A DNA stretch of 64,000 nucleotides, taken from NCBI RefSeq assembly GCF_009914755.1, contig NC_060926.1. One strand, 5' to 3'. This document shows positions 47,701-62,770 of this stretch, one piece after another. The notes under the pieces were generated by a model, which worked only from the letters and a program-made list of their open reading frames with translations, did not search any database and was not told the DNA's origin. The position numbers were made by a program, and so were the translations under genes. Within the stretch, counting starts at the first letter, position 1. Every line of letters begins with the position of its first letter. The DNA is from the human T2T-CHM13v2.0 reference genome, Homo sapiens.

Positions 47701-48250
47701 GTGGTGGAAATACAGCAAATCTGACTCTGAAGAAGGCAGCCATTAAGCCAGACTGTCTTTTATATTTAAGGATATACATAGAGGAAGCAGAGACTGATAA
47801 AAAAGCAATGAGAGGTGAAAAGGCTATGAGTGAAATACCACTCCGCAGAAAAGAGTTACAAAGAGTTGGACACAGTCAACAGGGTGAACTGCAACAAACT
47901 GAGCATAAAAAAAGATACAGAGGAAATTATACTTTGTAACTGTCACTAAGTTATATCAGAGATACTGCAAAGGAATTATAGAGGCAGAATTTAAAAGTTA
48001 TGGGATAGAGTATAAATTTTGACAAATAGTCCATGAGGGAAGCAGAGCAGAGATAAAGCTTTTTAGGATGAACAGGCAGAATAGCACAGTGGGGTTGAAA
48101 GGAAGGATTGGGAGAGGGAAAGACTAAAGATTCAAGACGGAAAAACAATAGCACACAGGATATAAAGCAGAAGAGTTAAGAATAGAACAGTAACTAGGGA
48201 TCTGATAAAGTACTGAAGAAAGCTAGAAAGAAGAGCTAAAGTATGAGGCC
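44740..48250. mobile_element. Block of degraded L2/L1 fragments (plus an Alu monomer ~47178-47275)
   Basis: L2 3'-end signature ttcatccatttgacaaatatttatcaagtg..acatgccag..ctattctaggtactgggat and purine-rich L2-like tracts. Confidence 0.55.
46437..46478 (+). pseudogene. 5S rRNA pseudogene fragment (5' ~42 nt)
   Basis: gtctatggccatacaaccctgatcgtgcctgatctcatctga vs 5S GTCTACGGCCATACCACCCTGAACGCGCCCGATCTCGTCTGA; most differences are CpG decay. Confidence 0.85.
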
Positions 48251-48561
48251 TGAAGGAACATCGATTTTCTCAAGTGAGCCCTTTTTAGTATACACATTAG
48301 CTTTATAACTATGTAACTATTTGGATATGGAAAATGAGAATTATTTCATCATCATAGTCTGGGCACAATGAAGTAAAGAAGGCATCAAAGAAAGTTTTAG
48401 TGTGAGGGGATCATGTGAACAGCCCAAAAGTCACTGAAACATACAAATACAAATCCTAGTAAGGCCCTTCTTATGAGAGTGGTTTTTTCGTTTGTATTTC
48501 TAAAAAGGCTAAAAAGTTGTGGCTCAAAAGATTAAGTAATCCACTTTAAGACATGTTGTGT

Positions 48562-48724
48562 GGCTGGGCGTGGTGGCTCACATCTGTAATCCCAGCACTT
48601 TGGGAGGCCAAGGTGGGTGGATCATGAGGTCAGGAGTTCAAGACCAGCCGGCCAATATGGTGAAGCCCCGTCTCTACTAAAAATACAAAAGAAAAAAAAA
48701 AGTTGGGTGTGGTGGCACGTGCCT
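48562..48724 (+). mobile_element. 3'-truncated Alu
   Basis: Left arm plus linker only. Confidence 0.88.
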
Positions 48725-50175
48725 AAGAAATGAGTAATAGGGCCAGCATCAAGAGCCTAGGAGGATCAATGAGTTACAGGACACAGCAAACACATGCAGG
48801 CCAGAGGCACTCTTCTTAATTCCAGGTTCCACAGAGAAACTAGTTAAGCAGGAAAAATTGTTGTACTCCATAACTCCTCTCTCCGTTCTACATATAGCTA
48901 AAACCTAAGAAGAACCCAAAATAGTCTCAGTGGCCCTCAAAAACTCCCAGCTCACTTTTCAGCCCAACGTCCATGTGCCTAAAACAACTTCAGCTTCACA
49001 GTCCATTTCTCAAAAGTCTGCTTTTGCCAAGGTCTCTAATCCACAATGACTCCATGACAGTAGAGTCCAGGAAGCAAAAATATATGGCTGGGGTATAAAA
49101 AATAAAATAATGAGAATGCCACCCACTCTACTATCATTTCTACTTCAGGGACAGCAGGATGAAAATCTCTTTATCCCGTGAACCAGACAAGATGATAAAT
49201 TCAGATCTTAAAATTCCAGAGAGAAAGAATAAATGTAATTGAAATAGAAATCCTTCAAACAACAAACCAAAGTATTTACAAGTACTTAATATATAAAAGA
49301 AACTCTCAATCATGCAAGTCATTATTTTTTCCAATACACTGAACACATTTCCTAAATGATCTGAATAGAAAAGTAAACTGCATTATGATTAAATGGAAAT
49401 TGGAACTCAAATATCATTAGTAAGTAACCCATATACGGACAACCACTGATATACCAAAAGTGAAAAAAAGCATACTTAAATCTCCAAAAGAGAATGGCAA
49501 GTTATGCCTTATCTACTGATATTCAAATATAGCTTTAAAGTTTAAAAACAAATGCTGCATTTTTTTTACTTAGAAAACAACCGTTCTTCCTCCATTATTA
49601 TTAGTGATCATTTCACAAAAAAGTACTTTGTTGCCCTTTCCCAAAAGTTGTACAGTAGCAATGGGTAGAAATTTTATACTGTAATTTTTTATACTAGGCT
49701 TTCAAAGACACATTATCGACACTGTTGCTATTAAGTTATAAATAATAGTTTTAAACGCTATAAATGGGCTAAACAAGATTAAACAGGGTTCAAAGTAAGA
49801 AACATTAGCGGCAAACTTCTGCTATTAACTAAAAGATTATTCTTATAAAGCAGGAGTGGCAAATAGATTGTCTTGCATACCAACTCTCAATAACTGTTTT
49901 ACTTCTTGAAGCAATATATTAAAAATTCTGGGTTAGGATTAGATAGATGCTATAAAAAAATGGCTGTGTTGAGAATTCTGATACATATTTACCATTCCTG
50001 TCGTTGAGTCTCACAATCAATACTGATTTCAATTATTAGCATCTGAGTTCTAAATATTTTGTTACAAGGTAGGCAAGATTTTAAATACAGTTTGATTTTT
50101 TTCACTCTTCAGTGTGAGTACCTACACTTAACATCTGAAATCTATTCAAATTTCCACAAATGACCAATTGTATAC

Positions 50176-50314
50176 CTGGCATGCCAGTAGCAAGACCCTG
50201 ACCAAAAGCCAATGTTGGATTTGCTGCTGCAGCTGCCGCAAGTGATTCTGCTTGCTGCCCTTGCTGACCCTGATTGGGAGTAAGAGGACGCTGACCTGCT
50301 CCAGCACGGAGAAC
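50176..50314 (-). CDS. PUM2: PUM2 exon ([46 protein letters not shown])
   Basis: 139 nt, tgtag/gtatac. Confidence 0.96.
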
Positions 50315-50597
50315 CTACAAAGGTAAAATGATTTTCTTAAAATCAATATAAAATAATAGATAAGTAAATTTATCTTGGACAACTGTGTATTTATTACAAA
50401 CAGCCTTTGGATATTTTTTAAACATTTACATGCAAGGAAATGTAGATTTAGCATGAAAAATCACAAAATACATTAACATCAAAAACACAATCACTAGCTC
50501 TTAACAGCTAGAACAATCTATAAAGCAACATGGAGGTTACAGAAAATCTTTGGTTAAAAACTATTTCTAATATTTGTGCTCTTTAACAAAGTAGTTT

Positions 50598-51816
50598 AAA
50601 AAAAAATAATAATAATAATGAGCTTTTATTATTCTCAACAACAGAGAAGACTCCAGCCTGACATCTGCTGGAACTGAGTCCACACTGTGGAAGGCACAAG
50701 CTGTGGCAGGGCCTGGAAGACATGCCTTAGAGATTCCCTCAGTCCTGCCACCTTGTGGAAGACATTTCAAAAGAATGAATGGTAAACTCATGTGACCAGC
50801 AGGGAGGACAACATCGAAGAAACTTTCCTGCCTAAAGTCAGCCTCTGTCCAGAGCTAGTACATGGAAGGAGATACTTCTCCTGGGGTCACATCTTCACTG
50901 GAAGGCAGGTGGGAGCTCACTGCTGTGACCCACATATCCTCCTCGCTCGGCGTCTCTATTCTGGTACTTTATCCGACCGACTGCATATTCCTCTGTTCCT
51001 TGGCTACAGTGTTTAATTCTTGAGAAGAGAATGTTGAACAAGTCAAGTCCTCGTCACCCTTAGTCAGAACTCTCATTTGACTTAGAAGATTTGTACTTCC
51101 ATTTTTTCTTCTTTTTCTTTTCTTTCTTCCTTTTCTTTCCTCTTCTTTTTCTTGTGTTTCTCTTTACTTCAGAGGAACTGGAGCTGCTCCCATCTTCATC
51201 CAAGATAGAATCCTCCAATAACTGTTTTAACTGCTGTATCCTTACATCCTTTTCATGTCTTTTATTGCCTCACATGCTGCCATATATGGGATCTTCATGT
51301 GCTACTCTGAACTGCTCTTTCAGTTACCTTTGATAAAGAAAGGGCACTGTTTGTCGCCCATTTGGTGACCATACCGTTTGCAACGCCAACCCAAGCATCC
51401 TTTAATCTTGTTGCTTTAGGAATGAATTTTCCATCACCAAGAAATTATGAAGCAATCCAATGAAAAGTAAGTGCTTAACTTTGACTTCTTTCTCCAGTGG
51501 CATCCAAAGTCCTTTAGTTGGTGTGTGAGCCAGAAATTCCCTGGCATGTTCATTGCCTGGTACATCTGGTATGCAGTCTTCTGGCTTAGTGTCATCTTCC
51601 TTGATAAGCCCAGGAGGAGGTTTTTTCATAAAAGGACTCCAGGTGCATGAGCTGCATCATGCTGCTTTTGCTCCCGGCGCCACTGCCCTGCAACTTGCCC
51701 GGGAGGTGGCCAAAATCCTGGCCTCCGCTACTTGATCCCCGCCTCCCTGTGGCTGGCCCCACGTCAGTGCACGGAGCCCCAGAGCTTAGCGCCGTCAGGC
51801 CCATGGCTGACAGTTG
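50598..51816 (-). pseudogene. RP9: RP9/RP9P-derived processed pseudogene, sense to PUM2
   Basis: HLESFYEK/PPPGLIKED.TKPEDCIPDVPGNEHAREFLAH.PTKGLWMPL.KEVKV, WRCKRYGH, Lys-rich tail KSSKSNE; frameshifts; AATAAA at 50630-50625; flanking direct repeat gtagttt (50591, 51817). Confidence 0.9.
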
Positions 51817-51880
51817 GTAGTTTTTTTTTTTTTTTTCCCCAAAGATTTGTTTGGGAGTAGGAGGAATGGCAAAATCTTAA

Positions 51881-52141
<261 letters not shown>

Positions 52142-52165
52142 TAAAATTAGATTTTATTAAAATTA

Positions 52166-52483
<318 letters not shown>

Positions 52484-52931
52484 ACTAAGGCTGAAAAAGG
52501 AAATACGGAAAGATTCGGCAAATAAATTCGAATTTGTTACGAGACTGATGCAGACCAAACCAAGTTTTCAGGATTCAGAAGCCTTAATAAGAGTAAAAGC
52601 TGCTTTTAAACATATTTTTAAAAGAACACAGGATTATATATCAAAACAAGGTGAAAACTTAGTCTGGTCAAGGTTTACTATTCCGCAATACATAGCTGTT
52701 GTAGCAATCATACACAAGCATGATAAATTTAATCATTAATTTTAAACAACTCAGGACAAGTGGGAGTCGTAAGTCCTTCTCTGTAAGTAAGCATCAAACA
52801 CAGGTGTGTATATTTTAAGCTAATGTGACATTACATTTGTCCAAACATACAGATTACAAAATAATTTATTAAACAATGAAGTGATATGATGTCAAAGGAC
52901 TGAGCCAAAAACAGCTTCAACAGAGCATCTA

Positions 52932-53260
<329 letters not shown>

Positions 53261-53899
53261 TATATTAAAGGAAATTCAGAATAAAGTTTAACTGCCAAGT
53301 AAGCAATACCATGGTGCTTCTTCGGTATAAATACAATGAATGTGACAGTCAGAATTCTGTTATTTATTATAGTGTTTTTAGATTTATCAAGTTAGTTCTT
53401 TTGAAAAAGGCTCAAAATTTTAAAGATATAAACATCTTTCTTTTTCCAGAAATTAAAGCTAACCTTTAGTGAAAATATTTTATCATTTCTTGCTTAAAAA
53501 TAAAAAATACCTACTAATCCCTTTTTACTGGTCAGAAACACATTAACATTTAAAATTGTAATTTAAATACCTGGAAAAATATGAAGGAATAATTATTTTG
53601 ATAGGAACATTATTAACACACTAACATGAAGTGATGAAAAGAAATTTAGAAACTGCTAGAGATTTCAAGATCGCAAAATAACAGAAACACAGAAACTGAA
53701 TATAACCAAATCTTTTAAATTCATATAATACTGATTAGGAAAAATAAAATCCCATGCATAAATACTTGCGTATCAACTGTATGCCAGGAGTCGTGTTACA
53801 CAGTGAGGAAACGTAAGTCGAAAAACACAAATCTTAAACATTAGGAGCTCAAAGAATTTCAAAGAATACTTGGTATTACTTAATAGAAGGAAGGCCTAC

Positions 53900-54042
53900 C
53901 TGTTGCTGTCCAGGCTGAGCTTGTGATGCTGCTTGCTGACTGGCTGTGTTATTTGCCGCAGCTGCAGCTTGCTGCTGAAATAAGTTGGCTGGATACACCC
54001 CCCATGGAACGCCGTAATACTGAGGTGGAACCACTGCTGGAC
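53900..54042 (-). CDS. PUM2: PUM2 exon (G|[47 protein letters not shown])
   Basis: 143 nt, tttag/gtaggc. Confidence 0.96.
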
Positions 54043-55057
54043 CTAAACCCCACACCCGACCCCCGAATAAAAAGTTACTAGATTTTACATAGACATGAGG
54101 TTAGCTACCTATCATCAGATTATAAAAGGGGGCAGGAAGAAGACTTAGAGAAGAACATGTCTTTATAATAAAAGACAAAGTATTGATGGGTGACAGCAAT
54201 GGTCTTAAAGGGAAAAGATGAGAATCCATCCTCAAGGAATCCAACCTCAAGGCTACCAATAAACTGATAGGACACTTAACCATCTATTCAACATTTAATG
54301 AATGCCAATTTTTGGGTCTGACACTATACAGATAATATATTCAGGGAACACAGATTCCATAAAACTAAGATTTTTTAAATGCTCATTCATCGTTTCTCTC
54401 AGAGAATTTTGACTACTGAGATGGATTACAAGATACTTTTAAAATATTTTACTTTCCAATCTATAACACAAAACTGGGGAACATTCTGGTACCAAGCATG
54501 CTACAATGGTATTTGAGTTGAAAACCTTAAATTTTAAAATATTTTTCATATTTCAGTCACGATTCTCACAGAACAACTGCAAATTATAAGAAAACAAATG
54601 AGACGTCAGCATTTATGTGGTTAGGAAAATGAAACTGAGTCAAGACAAGAAAGCACTAGATAATATAAGCAGAAAGAAAAATAGAAGGGAAACTAGGAAA
54701 ATAAGAATAAATTGTTCCTGCTCTAGTCTACTTTATTCAAGATAATATTTGATTCCTAGAAAGTAAATAGTTTTATGCACAATAAGCTTCACCATTAAAG
54801 TAATGAATAAAATGTCATGATTCCTGACTTACATAACAAACATGTCCTAAAATGTTATCAGTGGAATTTTAGGACATCTTTATTTGTATTAATGTATTTT
54901 TAAAAGTCAAACTCTCGGTTTCACGTTGCATTCAAAGGGGAAAAAAGCCCAGTATATTTGACTGAATCACTAAAATAAAAAGCTTTTATTTCTACAGATA
55001 GCCAGGTAAGCTGAACCTGAAATGAGGACTATTAAAACACCGAATAGAGTTTACCAA

Positions 55058-55212
55058 AAAAAGGGTACATTGTAAAAATAAAACAATAAAAAGATACATT
55101 GTAAAAATAATAAAAAGGGTACACCGTAAAAATAAAACAATGAAAAGGATACATCGTAAAAATAAAATAAAAAGGACACATTGTAAAAATGAAAGGATAT
55201 ATTATAAAAAAT
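55058..55212. repeat. Degenerate minisatellite, ~6 copies of a 23-31 nt unit (aaaagg.tacattgtaaaaataaaac)
   Basis: Direct inspection. Confidence 0.85.
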
Positions 55213-55279
55213 ATAAGTTTTGTAAACTCTATTCATAACATCTACCTAGAAACTCATCCAACCTAGCCAGGAGCCTGAA

Positions 55280-55445
55280 TTTATTAACATGCTGAAATTA
55301 TTATATTTTGGATATGTTGGGACAAATTAAAGAGTATTATTGAAATTAATTTTATTGCTTTTTACTTTTATATTGTGACTACTACAAAATCTTAAACTAC
55401 ATTTTCTGGCTCACATTGTATTTCTACTGGACAATGCTGGTCCTA
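55280..55445. mobile_element. MER3/MER33-like hAT fragment
   Basis: ttttggatatgttgg...ggctcacattgtatttctactggacaatgctg. Confidence 0.6.
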
Positions 55446-55737
55446 GAAAACTTAAGTCCAAAATACATAGAATGCTTATACACAAACTAAATGACCTCTT
55501 CAAGTTACTTCTATCAGACCCACAGTTTAGTGGTTCTCTGTATTATACCAACACTTTACATAGTAACATCCAGTTAAATGGCACCAGAAAAGCTCACATC
55601 CTTATAGAATCACATCCAAGTCCACACCAAAAGCTAATGACAGCTTAGTTTCATTGTCGTAGCTAAGATATCAAATATAAATCTGAAATTTCTTCCCCGT
55701 TTTTTAAAACAAGATCTTGACTTTAAAAATCAGTCTT

Positions 55738-56041
<304 letters not shown>

Positions 56042-57075
56042 CTAGGAAAATACTGACTGTCAGAAGTGGGTTTCAAACTGATTAGTGACAATATTTCAGT
56101 CAAGATATCGCTCAAAGCCCCCCCAGCCCCCCCAAAAACAACAGGGACAGCCTCAAGTTTTGAAAGTCAGCCCATTAGCAGACTCATTCCAATAAACAAA
56201 ATTCTAAGGCAGACATCAACCTATTCTTGCCTGTATAATCAATATAAACAATGCCTCAGACTAACTCATTTCTGTCTTTGTAGCCACCTCAACCTAAAAC
56301 AAACTCTTCCCAAGAACCCCAACTAAGATCAGCAAATCGCTTTGTTCAAATAAGACTGTGCCTGATCAGCACACAACTTTTCCTTACTTACACAGACAAT
56401 AAATACAGCTTTTTTGTTGTTGTTTTCATTTTTAGACAGTCTCACTCTGTCACCCAGGCCAGGCGCTTCGGCATCCCAAAGAGCTAGGATTACAGGTGTG
56501 AGCCACTGCACCTGGCCAGCTTTGGCTTTTATTTCAGATTCTGGGTGGTAGTCTCAGGCTGGGCAGTTTTTAGTACGTTCTTTCCAACTTGATCCAAACT
56601 TTTTGTCCCCCACCTTGTTTGTACATTTTAGCATTGCTCAAGAAATTTTAGATACATATTTTCTCAGAATTACTGTATCTGTTTATCTTACTCTATTCTA
56701 CCCCTGACCTATGTATGCAGGCCACCTACCTCTATTTTATTTTCTGAGAAGTAATTTTACTTTGCATTGTCTCTGCGGGTAATGGGGTTTGTCATTAAAA
56801 TGGAGATTCATGGTTGACTATATAGATTTCTAAAACTATAAAGCTGAAATGTAAGCCAATTACGTATACGAGGAAAAGTTATTGCTTAAGCTTTTCCCTG
56901 TAGCATTACAGTTGAAAAATAGTACTAACTTCCTGGAAACTTTAGTTCATTCTGGATAATGTTTCAGTTTTTCTTAGGAATTTCAAATTGCCCAAATAGA
57001 GAAAAATAAAGCTTACACCCAAAACTAAATACATTAAAAAGCAACCATAATAAAGATGAACAAATAGTATGTTAC

Positions 57076-57201
57076 CTGCTAATGTAGCTGCTGCAGCCAA
57101 TCCTGCTGCAGTATACGGATCGGTCCCTGGAGGAGCAGCACTAATAATGTATGGATTTGGCACAAATGCAGCTGGAGCAAGGCCTGCTGAGAATACACCA
57201 G
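57076..57201 (-). CDS. PUM2: PUM2 exon (A|[41 protein letters not shown])
   Basis: 126 nt, tatag/gtaaca; most upstream exon found in the window. Confidence 0.92.
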
Positions 57202-58069
57202 CTATATTTTAAAAGGGGAGAAATAATAAACAACAATGTAAAGTATGATTTTTTTCATTAGATAAAAACATTTCTACTCTGAATCTGGGGTGGTGTGGGG
57301 GTGGGGAGCAGAGTGTGCATAATGGTTCAAATTTTTACTAAGTGACCTTGGGCATGTACCGCTAACTCTAAATTAGTTTTCATTTAAGAAACAGCTGTTT
57401 TGCAGAATTGCTGTGAGAATTAAATGTAATACCGATTATGACATAACTGTACTGTCTCGAGGTATGTTATAGAAAATAAAAATATAAATTCAAAAAGAAA
57501 TGACTGCACAGTATGTATTAGCATGAGACTGGCATAAAATAAATGTGAGAGCCAGAACTGCTACTGGTAAATAGTAGTTTTTCACTCAATCTTATAAAGT
57601 CACATTATGAGCTAGGGATTCAGTGAGGCAGGAATATACAATTTGCCCTCACAAAGCACTCCATCTGGTGAGAAAAACAGGTATATTAGCAAATACAATA
57701 TAGCATATTAAGTGCTCTGGGCACAGAGAGGAGGAACATCTAATAAACTTTGGAAGGGGTGAGTAAAATGAATGAGGTATAGTGTAAGATAAAATAAAAC
57801 TGGAGGTATAACCATCATGAAGACCAAGGAAGAGCTTCCTGGTTCATGCTAAGTAGTTTGGATTTTACCCTCCAGTCAATACGGAAACAAGAAAGAGCTT
57901 AAAGGCCAGTTACACTCACTTCTGAGTAACATACGTCCATATGAATTTAGTAAAGGCTGAAAAAGACCTAAAAATATACATTTGCAGTACTCATTAAAGA
58001 GAGAAGAAACTCTCAGATGTTGAGGAATCACTGTACAGGTCTTTCAACCACAGCTACTGGAAAAAATTA

Positions 58070-58402
<333 letters not shown>

Positions 58403-58456
58403 TTAAAAAAGCATTCAAAAGGAAAATATATCTTACTAGGCCTTAAAATCAAAATT

Positions 58457-59279
<823 letters not shown>

Positions 59280-59337
59280 TCAACACTGATTTCTTGTCTA
59301 GGCACAACACAGCCATTTAAGAAATCTGCTTTTATCT

Positions 59338-60060
<723 letters not shown>

Positions 60061-60187
60061 TTTCTGTGAAGAAAATATGAATTAAACTATGAGTTCAATA
60101 AAATCCTTTCATTTTAAAGCCATTCGTTGAGTCCTGTTTTTAGCTATGCCCTAGGTCAAAAAGGTTACAAGATTCCACTCAGGTTAG

Positions 60188-60797
60188 TGAAAGGAAAATA
60201 AATCTCCCGAAAATCACCAAGCCAAAAAGAAAAGTTAAGCTGGGAACTGCACTGGGCAAATCCTGCCTCCCATTCTATTCCTAAATAAGATAGCTAGAAA
60301 GATTGAAAGAGAAAAAAAAAAAAAAAAAAGCTACGCATCTGCCTCACAGTTTGCCCTCAAGGAAATTCCTTATGGACAAAGGACAGGCAGAGCTCAAAGT
60401 CATCGCTCTGCTCACATGAGAAAAAAGCGTATCTGATTTCTTCACCAAGCCAGACTAACACATAACTGATTATTCCCGTAAATTGTGCATTCAGTGAAAA
60501 ACTAATCAGAAACTCAAAAGAATGCAATCATTTGTCTCTTATTTACCTATGACCTGGTAGCCCCCTCCCAGCTTCCAGTTGTCCCATATTTCCGGACCAA
60601 ACCAATGTACATCTTATGCATATTGACTGATATCTCAAGTCTTCTTAAAATGTATAAAACTAAATTGTGCCCCAACCACCTTGGGCACATGTTGTCAGGA
60701 CTTCCTGAGGCTGCGACATGGGCATGTCCTTAAACTTGGCAAAATAAACTTTCTAAACTGCTTGAGACCTGTCTCGGTTATCTTTTGGTTTGCAACT
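60188..60797 (+). mobile_element. MER4A-like solo LTR
   Basis: tgaaaggaaaataaatct...gctgggaactg...caccttgggcacatgttgtcaggac...aaaataaactttctaaa. Confidence 0.75.
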
Positions 60798-61118
60798 TCA
60801 TCTATCATGAATTATCTTTATCACAAAAGTAGAAAACAATGTATTAGGGTTCCTGTTCTACTTATACCACTAAAAAATCTAAAAGTTTAATTTAATATAG
60901 TTTTATGATAAAAAGATTGTTATTAAAAATTCAAATACTGGGAGATATAAAGTGGAAAGTGAAAATCCTCATGTAACCTTTCCTGATATGTATACATACT
61001 TTTAAACGCATATATACTCATTCATTTTGTACTCTAATCTATAACTGTACTTTAATACACTTTTTCACCTACCAATTAATCATAAATCTCTGTCTACAGA
61101 TACAAACCTAGCTCATCC

Positions 61119-61402
61119 TTTTTTTTTTGAGACAAGGTCTTGCTCTGTTGCCCAGGCTTGGGGTGCAGTGGCATGATCATGGCTAATTTCAGCCTTCACC
61201 TCCCAGGCTCAAGCGATCCTCCCACCTCAGCCTCCTGAGTAGCTAGGACTACAGGTACACACTACCATACCTGGCTGATTTTTGTAGAGACAGGGTTTTG
61301 CCTATTGCTTAGGCTGGTCTCAAACTCCTGGGCTCAAGCAATCCACCCAACTTGACCTCCCCACAATGCTGGGATTACAGGCGTGAGCCACTGTGCCCAG
61401 CC
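61119..61402 (-). mobile_element. Alu (AluJ-type)
   Basis: Dimer consensus. Confidence 0.9.
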
Positions 61403-62255
61403 ACTCATTCTTTTTAATGGCTACATAATATGTAGTCTTCTGTATAGAAGGAACATGATATAATCAATCTACTACTTTTATATATTTAGATGGTTCATAA
61501 TCTTTTGCTATAAATAAATAATGCTATTATTCTCTTTAGATACACAGGTCTGTACATTACTATATCCTTAAAAAAAATTTACTTCAACAGACAAAAACAT
61601 AAATTCTCTTTTTAAGAGACAACGTCTCACTATGTTGCAGAGTTCAGGCTGGTCTTGACCTCCTAGGCTCAACTGATGTTCCCGCCTCAACCTCCAGTAG
61701 CGGAGAATAAAGGCAGGTGCCAACACACCTGACTTTCCTGTTTCTGTCATATAAATTCTTGATCCACATTTCTAGATTATTTTCCAGGAAAACTGTACCA
61801 GTTTACATTCCAAAAGTATGAGTGCCACTTACACTCCTGCCAAAACAGGACATTATCAAACATTCTGAAGACTCGCCAACCTAATAGGTAAATTAAAAAA
61901 TTTTTTAAAAATTTTGTTTTAATCCATGGTTGTTTGGCTATCAACAAGGAAATTGTATCACATCTTTTATGCTTTTGTTTTTCTCATTAAAAATTTCAGT
62001 CCATTAGGAATGAGACCCAATAACCGCCCCCCCAAGTTATTTTCCAAATAATCATTCTTTTGGCATTGATTTGAAATTCATCTCATCACTCTACCCTAAA
62101 CAAGCATGCATGCACACATGGATCTATTTCAAAGTAATCTTGTTCAATGATCTACTCATACATTTTGAGTCCAGTACCACACTATTTTAATTGTCATAGT
62201 AATTGTTTTAAAAAACTGAAACTGTGCTCCAAAAAGTTAAAGAAAGCAGTGACTA

Positions 62256-62770
62256 ATGAAAATTCTTGAGTTTGCAGGATGGCAGATATGAAAAGAAAGA
62301 ATTTGCAGAAAGAAATGCAGAAACTCTGTTCAAATTTGCAGAAAGAAATGCAGAAACTCTCTAAGATAACAAAACTGGCTGAAATCGGTTAAAACCAATA
62401 TGGACTGCAGTCTGTGCAGAACAAGCTTGCTGACATCACAGCCCAAATTTCCACCACGCTTCATACTAACTCTCCCGCAATTTGCACATGCGACCCATCA
62501 GGTGGCATGAAGAGATAGCTGTGCATGCTGAGGACTTCCCAGGCCTCCCCTTTTCTTCCACCAATTACTTAATAATCTCAAAATCCATCCCCTAAGGCCT
62601 TTCTAATAAAAATTACTCCCTTAAAGCCAGCACAGGGAGATAGACTTGAGCTGGATTCCTGTCTCCTTGTTGGTTGACCTACAAAAAAAGCTTTTCTTTT
62701 CTCAAAAACCTGGTGCCATAGCATTGGCTTCTACTGCATCAGGCAGTGAGTGCTTCTGCTCGGAAACAAT
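62256..62770 (+). mobile_element. ERV1-type solo LTR with an internal 28-nt duplication
   Basis: LTR-like 3' end (aataaaa...cagggagatagacttgagctgga...ggcagtgagtgc); aatttgcagaaagaaatgcagaaactct occurs twice. Confidence 0.55.

Noticed and set aside
54842-54877. 12-bp inverted repeat atgtcctaaaat/attttaggacat as a small RNA hairpin
   Set aside because: Too short and AT-rich for a pre-miRNA; no box motifs
55058-55212. CRISPR-like array
   Set aside because: Units are contiguous degenerate tandem repeats with no unique spacers, in human intronic DNA
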